DNA of 64,000 nucleotides from a virus: positions 26,369 to 90,368 of the IMG/VR virus record IMGVR_UViG_3300036937_000041; one strand, given 5' to 3'. Below the pieces are notes generated by a model. That model made no database searches and was not told the DNA's origin. It saw nothing but the letters and a program-made list of their open reading frames with translations. The position numbers were made by a program, and so were the translations under genes. This document shows, in pieces, positions 27,054 through 36,786 of this stretch; within the stretch, counting starts at the first letter, position 1, and the number at the start of each line of letters is the position of its first letter.

Positions 27054-28122
27054 GATGATAGTATTCGGCGCCCGGCGCAGGATCCTGGCCGTCGGCGCGC
27101 GCCTGATCGACGAGCATCTGCACTATGTTCAGCTTGTCCGTTCCCTCATATTTTGGGAGTTCGGCGGTCGCCCGACGGCCCACCGGTTTGAAATTCCAGA
27201 TCACCTTTGACGCGCCGAGCTTGGTCAACAACTTAGCATATCGACCGGGGTTGCACGTGGCAAACCAATCATGAGATCCCTCATACACAAGTTTAATCAC
27301 ATCCCCCTCGCCGATCTCCACATCAAGAGGCCGATCAATTTCGTCTTTCCGTCCCTCAACAAATTTGATCTCGGTCAGTCCTATATCATCCAGGGGATAG
27401 AATTTGTGAGTGGTGTCCAGAATAGCATGGCTATGCTGATCGTACTCGATGGTAACCAAACAGCATCGAGGTTCAATATGCATATCCCCAAAGTTTGCGC
27501 GCGCCATCGCACCCACGTAGACCACTTTGTCGACGAGCACCTGTCCCCTGTGGATGTGACCCAGATACGTGGGCCACAGACGAGAAGTAAAGTACGCTTG
27601 ATCTACCCCGGACAACTCTTGCTCTCCCGATGGGTAGACCGCACCCCGAACACCAAAGTGCCCGAGCACCATATGCTGCGGATGATCGGCCAACGCGGCG
27701 ACAATCTGATCATAATTGATCTCCGGAACGTAGATCAAATCGGACAGCACAGGATGATCCTCGACGCCGGTCACCAGGTGATAGCCGGAGGCCAGCAACG
27801 ATGCATCAAGACCATCGGCTTCTCGGCCATCCGTTTCATGGTTTCCGCACACGCGGACCACCCGTATGTGCGCGTCGAGCGCGCGGGAGATAACCCGAGC
27901 ATAGGCGTTGCGCAACCGCGACGCCGGGTTTATCGAGTCAAATAGATCTCCGAGGTCAACCAGCTCGTCAACGGACTCACGGACCGCCAGCTCGATAACC
28001 GATTCGAGCAAGAATAGTTTTCGGTCGATCCGGGTGGTCAACCGGCCGCCCGGCAACGGGGTGCCCAGCGGATCGTTAATCCGCAGATGCAGATCAGAGT
28101 GGAGTAGTATTTTGTACGTCAT
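27019..28122 (-). CDS. sbcD: SbcD/Mre11-like metallophosphoesterase nuclease; leaderless
   Basis: SDLH, GDLFD, GNHE, GHIH; gcgTAGAATagactATG. Confidence 0.92.
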   Translation of the reverse strand: MTYKILLHSDLHLRINDPLGTPLPGGRLTTRIDRKLFLLESVIELAVRESVDELVDLGDLFDSINPASRLRNAYARVISRALDAHIRVVRVCGNHETDGREADGLDASLLASGYHLVTGVEDHPVLSDLIYVPEINYDQIVAALADHPQHMVLGHFGVRGAVYPSGEQELSGVDQAYFTSRLWPTYLGHIHRGQVLVDKVVYVGAMARANFGDMHIEPRCCLVTIEYDQHSHAILDTTHKFYPLDDIGLTEIKFVEGRKDEIDRPLDVEIGEGDVIKLVYEGSHDWFATCNPGRYAKLLTKLGASKVIWNFKPVGRRATAELPKYEGTDKLNIVQMLVDQARADGQDPAPGAEYYHRALEGQDASGH

Positions 28123-28125
28123 AGT

Positions 28126-28338
28126 CTATTCTACGCTAAGCAGCTGCAGCAGCGATTTAAGCTGCGCCACAATAGCCTTCGCCTTAGGTTTGGTTACCTG
28201 CTTACCGGTCATCAACTCCGAGCAGGTAAACGCATGATCAACAATGTGCAACATATGGTATATTGCCCGCTCATCCGCTTCCGGAAAGTCACTCTTGATC
28301 GTCTGAATCAGTATCTGTTTTTCTTGTTCGTTGAGCAT
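28126..28338 (-). CDS. Hypothetical protein
   Basis: Fills the gap between recA and sbcD. Confidence 0.55.
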   Translation of the reverse strand: MLNEQEKQILIQTIKSDFPEADERAIYHMLHIVDHAFTCSELMTGKQVTKPKAKAIVAQLKSLLQLLSVE

Positions 28339-29479
28339 TTGAGAACCTTAAAATATAGTCGTACAAAGGTTTGCACTCTGGCTGCTTACAGAAGGATACA
28401 AACGTGTCGGCGCCATGCCACTTCATGTCAATGTCCATGATCGGAAATTCATCGACCATGACAGGATTTGGATAATACCACGACCCCGACTTGGTGATCA
28501 CCTTCTTTCTGATCGCCAGGTCTACGATAGCCTTGCTATCGGTGGTGAACACCCCCGTCCGATTATCCAGATAGAGCTCGATAAACCGACCGCCGGGGCT
28601 CAGCTTGGTCTTCTGACACGTTATCTTGACCCGCGTGTATATTGGGTTACCACTCTCATCCAGATCCTCATAGGACATGCCCCTGCGGGTCAACCACAGG
28701 CGTTGTGAGTAGATAAACTGAATGTCGCGGCTTCCACTCACATCATTCCCATAGCCGTCAAACGCGTGTTTCAGGTGGTTGATGGTGATCAACGTCACCC
28801 CCGAGTCCGTGCCCTTGACCACCTTACGCCCTTTGTTCTTGGGCGTCAGCGGAGCCCACCCGTTCTTCCACAGCTTGGCGAACATGGCGACCAGTTGGGC
28901 GCCCGCCATCTTGGTGTTCATCTTGGCCCCGACCAGCCGCGCGTCAGATGTTGATTCACCCTCTATGCCAAACAGCGAGTCGATGACAATCAGATTATAT
29001 CCAAGCTCTGCCAAGCGGAATATCTCTTCTAAAAACTGGGGGCCGCTCAAGAACGTGCGCGTGCGCACGCCCTTGACCATACGGTCCTCATACCCTTTGA
29101 ACACATGGTATGTACCGGGGGGCATGCCGATCCGCGCCGCATAATCTTCGGTGAACGTCCCCTCGTTCTCGGCGATCACACACGTTAACCCGGCGGCTAT
29201 CGCCTCTCTGACTATATTGAGCGCCAGCGTGGTCTTCCCCGCACTGGTCTCCCCCGCCAGCTCTATCGCGCGCCCGAGCGCAATACCTCCGATGGACAGC
29301 ACATCGTAGTCGAGCTGGGCTATTCCAGTGGGCAACACCTCGGGCGGGGTAAACTCGGAGGATACGGCGATGGTCCCCCGCCCTTTGGCCTGCTTGTGCG
29401 CGACCGCCAGCTGATCAAGTTTGCTGACCACCCGGTTGGTCTGCTTGCCCTTGCCCATCAGATCGTCGAGCTGGCCCAT
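28289..29479 (-). CDS. recA: RecA/UvsX-like recombinase
   Basis: TGIAQLD..GGIALGR..GETSAGKTT, IVIDS, INH, YSQRL, GSWY. Confidence 0.9.
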   Translation of the reverse strand: MGQLDDLMGKGKQTNRVVSKLDQLAVAHKQAKGRGTIAVSSEFTPPEVLPTGIAQLDYDVLSIGGIALGRAIELAGETSAGKTTLALNIVREAIAAGLTCVIAENEGTFTEDYAARIGMPPGTYHVFKGYEDRMVKGVRTRTFLSGPQFLEEIFRLAELGYNLIVIDSLFGIEGESTSDARLVGAKMNTKMAGAQLVAMFAKLWKNGWAPLTPKNKGRKVVKGTDSGVTLITINHLKHAFDGYGNDVSGSRDIQFIYSQRLWLTRRGMSYEDLDESGNPIYTRVKITCQKTKLSPGGRFIELYLDNRTGVFTTDSKAIVDLAIRKKVITKSGSWYYPNPVMVDEFPIMDIDMKWHGADTFVSFCKQPECKPLYDYILRFSNAQRTRKTDTDSDDQE

Positions 29480-29482
29480 CGG

Positions 29483-30712
29483 CTACTCATCCCCCTCGCT
29501 GGCAAAATCCTCGACGAAGGCCGGACGACTGCCCGCCGGAGCAGGTTTTGCCGAGGCCGGAGCGGGCTTGGCCGCCGGAGTGGGCTTGGCCGCGGCCGCC
29601 TGCTTTTTGCCGCCCATCAAACCGGCCAACTTGGACCCGGGCGCGGGCTGTGTGGGCGCAGTAGTAGGGGCACTCGTAGCCGCTGCGGCCGCCGGGGGCG
29701 CCACAGTGGCCGCCTGTGCGGGCGGGGGCGCCACATTTGGGGCAGGCTGTGACGGCGGTGTGGCCTCGGCCGCGATCCGACCACTCTGAATCTGAACCAG
29801 GCCACCGGCAATCGAACCGTGAGATATCTGCTGTCGATTTAGCGCGTCCGCAAACTCTTGGGGATCGGGGAAGATCATTACATGATCGTTGTTCAGCGCA
29901 TCCAGGCAAAGCGGCGCCCTTATCGCTAACTGCTCGGCAATGTCCTCCGGGGACTGCGGCTGGTAGAGCGGAAACATCTCCGCCTCTTCGGAGAACATCT
30001 GGAGCACACCGTACTCAACGTCGGTGAATATCCCGAGCTCTACCGAGTTTTTCTCCAGCTCATCAAGATTATGTGGCTCCAGAATCGCCTTGTCGAACTG
30101 TCCGGCAAACGGGTTATTTTTTGCCCCGTGAACCGTGTACGTGGTTTTGAACTTTTCCCGCTGGTTGCCCTCTTTCTTGATCTTTCGAATAACGATATCG
30201 TGCACCCAGTGGGGGCCGAACGCCAGCTTTTGCGGATCATCTTCATCCGGCTGGTTGCGCAGCAACCTGATCGCGTTGGTAATCGTCCACCCCGCTTCTA
30301 AAAACTTGATCTGCGGTTCGCTGTCCCGCCGGTCAAATACGGGGATCACCCAGAGCTTCTGGGGGTCAAAAAACGATTTGATCTCCTCGGTCACGCCCAC
30401 CGGTCGATTTTGCTTGCGGATCTCCAGGTCAATCTGGCGCAGCATGTCGACGACCGTCGGCTGCTTCTGCCAACCCAGAGGTTTGTACGTGAGGGGCAGC
30501 CGGATCGACCGCCAACTCTGTCGCAGCTGGCCGGGGTTCTTATCGTCGGGGACCAGACATGGGTACACTACTTTGTGCACCGGAAGTATGGGCTCCAGCG
30601 CTCGGAACTTATATGAAATATCGTACTCCAGACTTTTCATCTGGATCACGTTCCCCGGCTCATATCCACCGGCCTTTACCGCGTCGTCTACTGTGCTATC
30701 GTGTCTCATCAC
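29483..30712 (-). CDS. Single-stranded DNA-binding protein (gp32-like), Pro/Ala linker, acidic tail
   Basis: Position in the recombination operon; VFDR..IKFLE, HDIVI.K, TTYTV; acidic C-terminus. Confidence 0.6.
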   Translation of the reverse strand: MMRHDSTVDDAVKAGGYEPGNVIQMKSLEYDISYKFRALEPILPVHKVVYPCLVPDDKNPGQLRQSWRSIRLPLTYKPLGWQKQPTVVDMLRQIDLEIRKQNRPVGVTEEIKSFFDPQKLWVIPVFDRRDSEPQIKFLEAGWTITNAIRLLRNQPDEDDPQKLAFGPHWVHDIVIRKIKKEGNQREKFKTTYTVHGAKNNPFAGQFDKAILEPHNLDELEKNSVELGIFTDVEYGVLQMFSEEAEMFPLYQPQSPEDIAEQLAIRAPLCLDALNNDHVMIFPDPQEFADALNRQQISHGSIAGGLVQIQSGRIAAEATPPSQPAPNVAPPPAQAATVAPPAAAAATSAPTTAPTQPAPGSKLAGLMGGKKQAAAAKPTPAAKPAPASAKPAPAGSRPAFVEDFASEGDE

Positions 30713-30721
30713 CTAACTCCT

Positions 30722-31285
30722 TTATTGTTTATAGCGCAAGTTCATTAGAATTTTAGCCCTCGAATCAATATCGTCAGCAATAGCCTTCACCAAGTTCATC
30801 CCCCGCTTGATCTTCTCCATATAGTCGTGCCACGCTCGATTTTCTTGTTCATAGTCGATTAGAAATTGGTTCTGTACATCATCTTTTGTCACCGTAATGG
30901 CCGTCTTGCTCAGCGCACCCGCTTTGAACAATGCTATTTTATCATCGATTAACTTCCGTTGACACTTCATATACCGGGGGGCGGTCCACGCCCGATATTC
31001 TCGCTCCGCCTTCGCCAAGTACAGATCTAGGTCGGCCTCCATCTCCCGAAAGGTAAACCGATGCTGAGAGCAGACGGTCAGCTGCTCTTCGCGTTCATCG
31101 TCGGTCAACCTGGTGACCAGCGTCTCGGACGCTATGGAAACAAAGTTCATCACCTCCAAAAATTGACCTCCGAACACCCGGCGCTCTATGATCTCCGTCA
31201 GCTCCTCCGCCCAGCTGGAAAACCTATCCAGCATGTCCTCGCGCGCGACATCGGTCGCCATATATCGAAAATCAGTATGTTGCAT
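30722..31285 (-). CDS. UvsY-like recombination mediator (helical)
   Basis: Coiled-coil character, T..DV motif, position next to SSB/RecA; promoter at 31294-31302. Confidence 0.45.
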   Translation of the reverse strand: MQHTDFRYMATDVAREDMLDRFSSWAEELTEIIERRVFGGQFLEVMNFVSIASETLVTRLTDDEREEQLTVCSQHRFTFREMEADLDLYLAKAEREYRAWTAPRYMKCQRKLIDDKIALFKAGALSKTAITVTKDDVQNQFLIDYEQENRAWHDYMEKIKRGMNLVKAIADDIDSRAKILMNLRYKQ

Positions 31286-31308
31286 ACACTCTCATTATAC
31301 GCTAATTT

Positions 31309-33297
31309 TCACACTTGATCAAGACTGTGCCCCGACGATGGTTCGAGTAACATCGGAATAGTGATATGCGCCTCGTCCTCCCGGGTCCCCAGATCGGGGA
31401 TCTCGTGCATAACCAGATCAACCTTGTCCTCGGGGACGAACATCACCTGCTGATCGTGGACGGCCAGCGCGGGCTCAACCCCCCAGGACCGTCGATCGAA
31501 CTCAGCGATCTCGTCCATAAAGTGAAACGTTTGATACAGGCTCCCGGTCGACTGCGGGTTGAAGTTGACCGCCTGACGCTCCGCGTGCTCGCGCTGTCGA
31601 TCATCCGCACTGTTTATCTCCGGCAGATATCGAATCGATCCATATTCGGATACCACATACCCGTCGGCGCGCGCCCGCTTGATCACCCGCTGAGTCCAGG
31701 GGAGTAGGCCCGCATACATCTCCATATACTTTCTACGGATCTCCTGTGCGCGGGCGAGCAGCACCTGCTTATCGATCTTGACCTTCTTAATCTGGTCAAA
31801 GGGGATGCCCAGGCGCTCGGCATACTCCGGTCCCATAATCTCGTTGCCGATCCCCTTCGGCCCCCAGACGAGCACCCCGGCGGCCCCCAGATAACACAGG
31901 GCGAAGTTCGCCGGTTTTCCGATCTTCCGCTGAAAACCGGTAACCTGATCGAATGGTATGCCAAAAATACCACTGGCGGTCAGTCGATGCAGATCCAGGT
32001 TCTCTCGATATGCCTTGAGCATCATCGGATCCTGTGACAAGTAGGCGATCAACCGCAGTTCCATCTGCGAGTAATCGGCGCCGACCAGCACATACCCCTC
32101 GGGGGCGACGAACATCTGTTTGACAATCCTGGAGCTGGCTTTCAGCGTCGGCAAATTCTGTAGATTGGGCTCGCTCGAACTCCAGCGCAGGGTCTCGGTC
32201 CCGTGCGCTTTTATATCCGAGTGAACGCGGCCGGTCACCGGGTTTATCTTGGACTCTACGCCATCAAAGTAGGTGCTGATCAGCTTGGTCAGCCGCCTGT
32301 ACTCCAAGATATCCCGCGCAATATCACACCCATGCTGTTCCGCGTAGGCGCTGAGCACCGGCTCGTCAAATACGTGTTTGACCACCGTACGTTTGCTCCG
32401 CTGATCATACACCTGGTTCTCCACCGGGGGCAGCCGCAGACTCTTGATCAGCAGCTGCTCCAGATAAGATTCAGCATTGGGGTTGAACTGCTTATTGTGC
32501 GCCCCCTCCCTAATCTGCTCCAGCAACCCGGACTGCTGGGCGCGCAACCGCTCTCGGGTACGCTGTAGATAATCTATATCGACGGGAAACCCATTGTGGA
32601 CCATCCGGGCAACAAAATGTATTTCCGGCATATACCGAGTGTGCCACAACGGAGCATACGGCTTGCCCCGCATGTCCTCAAGATCCGCATGATATTCTCT
32701 GAGCGCCACATCACAGTCACCGCAGCAGTATTCTCCGATCTGCTGGGTTGTTCGATATAGGGAAAGATCTTTATCCCCATGCTCATCCTCCCGAATTCCC
32801 TGCCAGATGCTTTTCAGATATGATAAATCTGGGTACTTCTCGTGAACAATGTGGTCCAAGCCGAGTCGCCGCTCATACCCCTTGGACGTATCTGGATAGC
32901 GGATGAACCGATACCAAAAGGTGCAAAATGTGTTGACCAACTCGGTCTGCCAATGGTGGCCAATCCACTTGATCTCAAACTCAGCATTGTGGGCGATCTT
33001 GATCATCGCAGAGCAGGTCATCACCTGGCGAAGAAGATCGATCAGCCGCTCATTCTGCTCGGCCGTCCACCTCGGACGTAGATCGGAGACCATCAACCCT
33101 AGGTCGCGGACCATCAGCGGAATATATATCCCGGTGTGGACCTTCCACGATATTCCTATGCCAAGTATTTGCCCCCGGTACTCATTTCGAGAAGTTGTCT
33201 CGATGTCTATGCTGATCGCCGACGGTCGGCGGGCCAGCAGCTGGGCGAGCAGCCGCTCGGCCATACTAATATCCTCAATAACATAGTACTCGTTCAT
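31309..33297 (-). CDS. polA: Family A DNA polymerase with 3'-5' exonuclease
   Basis: DIET, HNAEFE, YCCGD; T.RWSSSEPNLQN; motif A DYSQMELR; motif B RKIGKPANF..Y; motif C VHD. Confidence 0.96.
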   Translation of the reverse strand: MNEYYVIEDISMAERLLAQLLARRPSAISIDIETTSRNEYRGQILGIGISWKVHTGIYIPLMVRDLGLMVSDLRPRWTAEQNERLIDLLRQVMTCSAMIKIAHNAEFEIKWIGHHWQTELVNTFCTFWYRFIRYPDTSKGYERRLGLDHIVHEKYPDLSYLKSIWQGIREDEHGDKDLSLYRTTQQIGEYCCGDCDVALREYHADLEDMRGKPYAPLWHTRYMPEIHFVARMVHNGFPVDIDYLQRTRERLRAQQSGLLEQIREGAHNKQFNPNAESYLEQLLIKSLRLPPVENQVYDQRSKRTVVKHVFDEPVLSAYAEQHGCDIARDILEYRRLTKLISTYFDGVESKINPVTGRVHSDIKAHGTETLRWSSSEPNLQNLPTLKASSRIVKQMFVAPEGYVLVGADYSQMELRLIAYLSQDPMMLKAYRENLDLHRLTASGIFGIPFDQVTGFQRKIGKPANFALCYLGAAGVLVWGPKGIGNEIMGPEYAERLGIPFDQIKKVKIDKQVLLARAQEIRRKYMEMYAGLLPWTQRVIKRARADGYVVSEYGSIRYLPEINSADDRQREHAERQAVNFNPQSTGSLYQTFHFMDEIAEFDRRSWGVEPALAVHDQQVMFVPEDKVDLVMHEIPDLGTREDEAHITIPMLLEPSSGHSLDQV

Positions 33298-34079
33298 AGC
33301 AGCGGATCCAACGAGCAGGTGAGCCTGCGCTTGGCCATCAGACAGTATTTCTCCTCGATCTCTATCCCGATGTACCGGCGTCCGAGTTCTCGGGCGGCCA
33401 CCAGGGTCGTCCCACTACCCATAAACGGATCGAACACAATGTCCCCCGGGTCAGAGCTGTTCAATATCATTCTACGCATTACATCCAATGGCTTCTGCGT
33501 CGGGTGGGCAATATTTTTCGACTCTCGTGGCATCCACCAAAGCGCAGGCTGCTTACTACCCCCTCGCCATTTCGTGGGAGGACGGGTAAGCCACACAAAC
33601 GGCTCAAAATTATGCTTATATCTGGCGTTTAGCGCCGGATATTTAACATTGGACTTCCCCCAGATGAGCATTTGATAGTGAGTAAAAGGAATCGGTGGGT
33701 ACACCCAGTGCGATCGACTTTCCGAGTAAAAAACATATGCTCCCCCAGAGCACAAGATCAGCAACCGGTGTAATTCACTGAATAATCGAGTATATAGATT
33801 GTTACTATCCCCAAAAATCTTTTCCCGCCATTGATGCTTGTTAACCTCATTGACAATCAGTTTATCACTCACAGGACGATGTTGTCCTCCAGCATAGTCA
33901 ACCCCGTACGGCGGATCCGTGACCACCAGGTCAATAGATTTGTCGGGCAGTCTTTTCATGATCTCAAAACAATCCCCGCAATATATTGTCCCCGAATCAT
34001 CTTGATGATAAGGATGAACACCGACTTGAGCAACAATGTCATCAAATGTCATATAACAAAAGCGAGGCATGCGATACAT
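33294..34079 (-). CDS. N6/N4 DNA methyltransferase (beta class), orphan
   Basis: TDPPY, HPTQKP, DPFMGSGTT. Confidence 0.93.
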   Translation of the reverse strand: MYRMPRFCYMTFDDIVAQVGVHPYHQDDSGTIYCGDCFEIMKRLPDKSIDLVVTDPPYGVDYAGGQHRPVSDKLIVNEVNKHQWREKIFGDSNNLYTRLFSELHRLLILCSGGAYVFYSESRSHWVYPPIPFTHYQMLIWGKSNVKYPALNARYKHNFEPFVWLTRPPTKWRGGSKQPALWWMPRESKNIAHPTQKPLDVMRRMILNSSDPGDIVFDPFMGSGTTLVAARELGRRYIGIEIEEKYCLMAKRRLTCSLDPLL

Positions 34080-34109
34080 GCTCTCGCTTTTCCAGTAGAA
34101 AGGGGTTGT

Positions 34110-34886
34110 CTATTCTGCCGGTATGGCGGGGGCCACATTCGGTGTGAGGGGAAGCTTGGTCATGGTCACCCGACCATCAAGCTCATCGACCTGCCAACCA
34201 CGCTTTTTCGCATCGCGTATGACGATGTAGACCAGTGTGGGAACCCACTGTGTTTTGGTCTCAAACTTGCGTTCGGCCAGCACCTTCTCGATATGCGAAT
34301 AGAAATCAACTTTGGTTCCCGACCAGCGTTGGAGCTCCTCGAAGATCACCGCGGCCTTCGAACCTTCGGTAAACGGAACGGCTTTGTCCGCCCACCGATC
34401 TACGTGTGCGCGCGCAGCCCGGGGCTTCCGCTTCTTCTGTTCGGGCGCACTCTGGGCGTCCGTGGTCGTGATCGGAGGAGCAGCGGCTGCACTGACCTCT
34501 GCGGGCGCCGATGGGGCTACAGTGGCCTCCGTTGGCGGCGCCACAGGCTCTGTCGGGGGCGCAGGAGCAGCCGCTTTCTTGGCCTTCGGTCGTGGTTGTT
34601 CGTCTTCGGTGAAGTTCGTGTAGATAAAAAAGCAGGTCTCGGCCATAGGCTGAGGACCGACCACACCGGCTTCGAGCACGCGGGTCACATGCCCATCATT
34701 AGCCGGATCGAATGCCTCACCGATCAGCTTGGTGAAGTACGGTCCACACTTGTCCGGGGCCTCGGCAAACATTTCGCCAACCCCTTCCTCGGTAAACCGC
34801 AGTTCCTCGCGGAGAATCTTCTTCGTCTCCTCCGGCTTATTCTTAGCCAGTTCGAGGAAATCGTTTACAGTGTAGGTCTCACTCAT
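34110..34886 (-). CDS. Hypothetical two-domain protein with Pro/Ala linker
   Basis: AAGGA SD; own promoter at 34933-34941. Confidence 0.75.
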   Translation of the reverse strand: MSETYTVNDFLELAKNKPEETKKILREELRFTEEGVGEMFAEAPDKCGPYFTKLIGEAFDPANDGHVTRVLEAGVVGPQPMAETCFFIYTNFTEDEQPRPKAKKAAAPAPPTEPVAPPTEATVAPSAPAEVSAAAAPPITTTDAQSAPEQKKRKPRAARAHVDRWADKAVPFTEGSKAAVIFEELQRWSGTKVDFYSHIEKVLAERKFETKTQWVPTLVYIVIRDAKKRGWQVDELDGRVTMTKLPLTPNVAPAIPAE

Positions 34887-34960
34887 GATAAATTCCTTTC
34901 CTATCGTATTTTCATTCTATTCCGCTTACTCTATTATACGCACTTTTCACAGAAAATCAA

Positions 34961-36130
34961 TCAAATTGGGCGAACTATTTGAGTATAGTATATGAAAGAT
35001 GAGCCCTTTTGGGAGACAAATATGGGCTTATTTGGGGCGATTACGGTGATCATCATCGGCGCCCCGGCCTTCGCATCGTACAGCTTGGTCAGCGCATCAA
35101 CCGAGGGCACGCTCAACCGCAGCTCCAACGGGGGGACATCCTTTTCCTCTGCCCCATCGGGAAGCTGCAGATCATCAATGGCAATCGTCTCGGCCGAGCT
35201 AGCGGTGCCGAGCGCGCTCTTACACGATAACACCAGCGACCGACCAGCGAACTGCAGGCCAAGCTGGGCGAACTTATCGGTGTCCAAGATGAGCACCCGG
35301 CGCACCGCCGACTGGAACGCCACGCTGTCGATCATCGCCTTGAACATAAAGTTATTCCGCAGGTCGAGCACCTGGTTGAGCGCCTCCCACGGAAACTCGG
35401 CCTCGGCCAGCACACAGCTGTAGGTAAAGCTGTCGCTCTCGATTATAAACGTTGCCCGATCAGTCCCGTACTTCACATCGCCGATCTTCGAGCGGTTAAT
35501 CGAGTTCAAAAACTTGATCGCGTACGGCCCTATGGTAATCCGCTCAAATACATCCTCCTGGCGTTTGTGGATCGCCCCGTGGGTGCCGACCGTGCTCACA
35601 TACACCTCGTCGGACACGCTGACGCCCGCCAGTTCGGGGCGCGCCAGCTCCTTGGCGGCCAGGGGGATCATGCGGTCGAGTGTGTCCAGAAATTGAAGAT
35701 CGCCCAGGCTCCTCATCTCACAGGTCGGCCGACGGTGTACCGGAAACGCATCGGCGTCGATGCCCGGAAGTTTATATCGACTTTCGGTGTAGATAGTGAA
35801 CCCCTGCCGCTCGTAATCCCATTCGAACTTGACCCGGTCCTTGCCACTGTTGAGCAAGATCTTCTGCAGGGTGTCAAATGATACCGCGGTTGAAAAATCC
35901 GGGCCGATCTGCCCATCGAAGGCAAGACCGCGAATATGCGCGTACGACACGCCGTCCGCCACCTCCAGGTCAAGCCGGGGCGCCTCCAATTCCGATTGGC
36001 GGACCATCCTGATCACCACACACTTAAAGATCTCGTGCAGCTGGCCGCTGAATGTGAATGATTTTCCTATCGCGGCCATCCAGTCGACAAGCTGACCGCG
36101 GTCAACCGAGAACACGGCTGATGTCTGCAT
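34961..36130 (-). CDS. dnaN: DNA polymerase III beta-type sliding clamp
   Basis: About 389 aa; YKLPGIDADAFP, RPELAGV, EFP; located in the replisome cluster. Confidence 0.8.
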   Translation of the reverse strand: MQTSAVFSVDRGQLVDWMAAIGKSFTFSGQLHEIFKCVVIRMVRQSELEAPRLDLEVADGVSYAHIRGLAFDGQIGPDFSTAVSFDTLQKILLNSGKDRVKFEWDYERQGFTIYTESRYKLPGIDADAFPVHRRPTCEMRSLGDLQFLDTLDRMIPLAAKELARPELAGVSVSDEVYVSTVGTHGAIHKRQEDVFERITIGPYAIKFLNSINRSKIGDVKYGTDRATFIIESDSFTYSCVLAEAEFPWEALNQVLDLRNNFMFKAMIDSVAFQSAVRRVLILDTDKFAQLGLQFAGRSLVLSCKSALGTASSAETIAIDDLQLPDGAEEKDVPPLELRLSVPSVDALTKLYDAKAGAPMMITVIAPNKPIFVSQKGSSFIYYTQIVRPI

Positions 36131-36773
36131 AACGCATAGTCCTTTCCCGCTGTCCAAAGGCAATCGCCTCTTCTCGTATGCACCTGAGCGCCTGCCGAAC
36201 GTGGACCACCGATTGGTGGGCCAACCTCGATAGCGAACGTACACCGATGTCCGACGCCCAGAGCTTAAGATCGTAGATGCTCAGCACCTCGGGGGCAACC
36301 CGGGTCTGCAGATGATCTCTGAACCTGGCGAGCAAACTGGTGACCATCAGCTCATCAGAGTAGGCGGCGAACTCCTGGACCAGCAAATTGTTTATGTTTT
36401 CAACCTGACTTTCATTGACTATCTGACTGCCGATACGCCGCTTATTCGTGTTCAGCGACCGTATCTCGCTTATGAACTGGTTGGCGATCACCCGGCAACT
36501 CCAGGTGCTCCACCTGATCCCAAACTTGGGGTCGAAACTCTTCCATTTTTCAGCAAACCTAAGAGCCGCCACCTGCTGCCAATCCGCTTCGGTGAGCAGC
36601 CCCGTTCGATCAACCGGAATGAACTTCAACCACAGACGCCAACTGCGCTCATACAGCAGGTCGAGCGCACGACGATCCCCACGAAAAGCTAATTCCCACA
36701 GGCGTTCGTGGGATAACCTGCCGAGCCGGAGACCATCCAGCCGAAGGTTAATCTTCTCCCTGTTCAGCATCAT
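36102..36773 (-). CDS. Phage sigma70-family sigma factor (probable late sigma)
   Basis: GDRRALDLL, D..Q.A, FDPKFGIRWSTW..RVI.N (region 2), C-terminal HTH. Confidence 0.75.
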   Translation of the reverse strand: MMLNREKINLRLDGLRLGRLSHERLWELAFRGDRRALDLLYERSWRLWLKFIPVDRTGLLTEADWQQVAALRFAEKWKSFDPKFGIRWSTWSCRVIANQFISEIRSLNTNKRRIGSQIVNESQVENINNLLVQEFAAYSDELMVTSLLARFRDHLQTRVAPEVLSIYDLKLWASDIGVRSLSRLAHQSVVHVRQALRCIREEAIAFGQRERTMRYADISRVLG

Positions 36774-36786
36774 CTCTGTTCTCCCA

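Noticed and set aside
33831-34982. Long plus-strand ORFs (this 383-aa one, 39829-40980, 45361-46164, 2099-2851 and others)
   Set aside because: Antisense shadows of GC-rich minus-strand genes, with no recognisable motifs.
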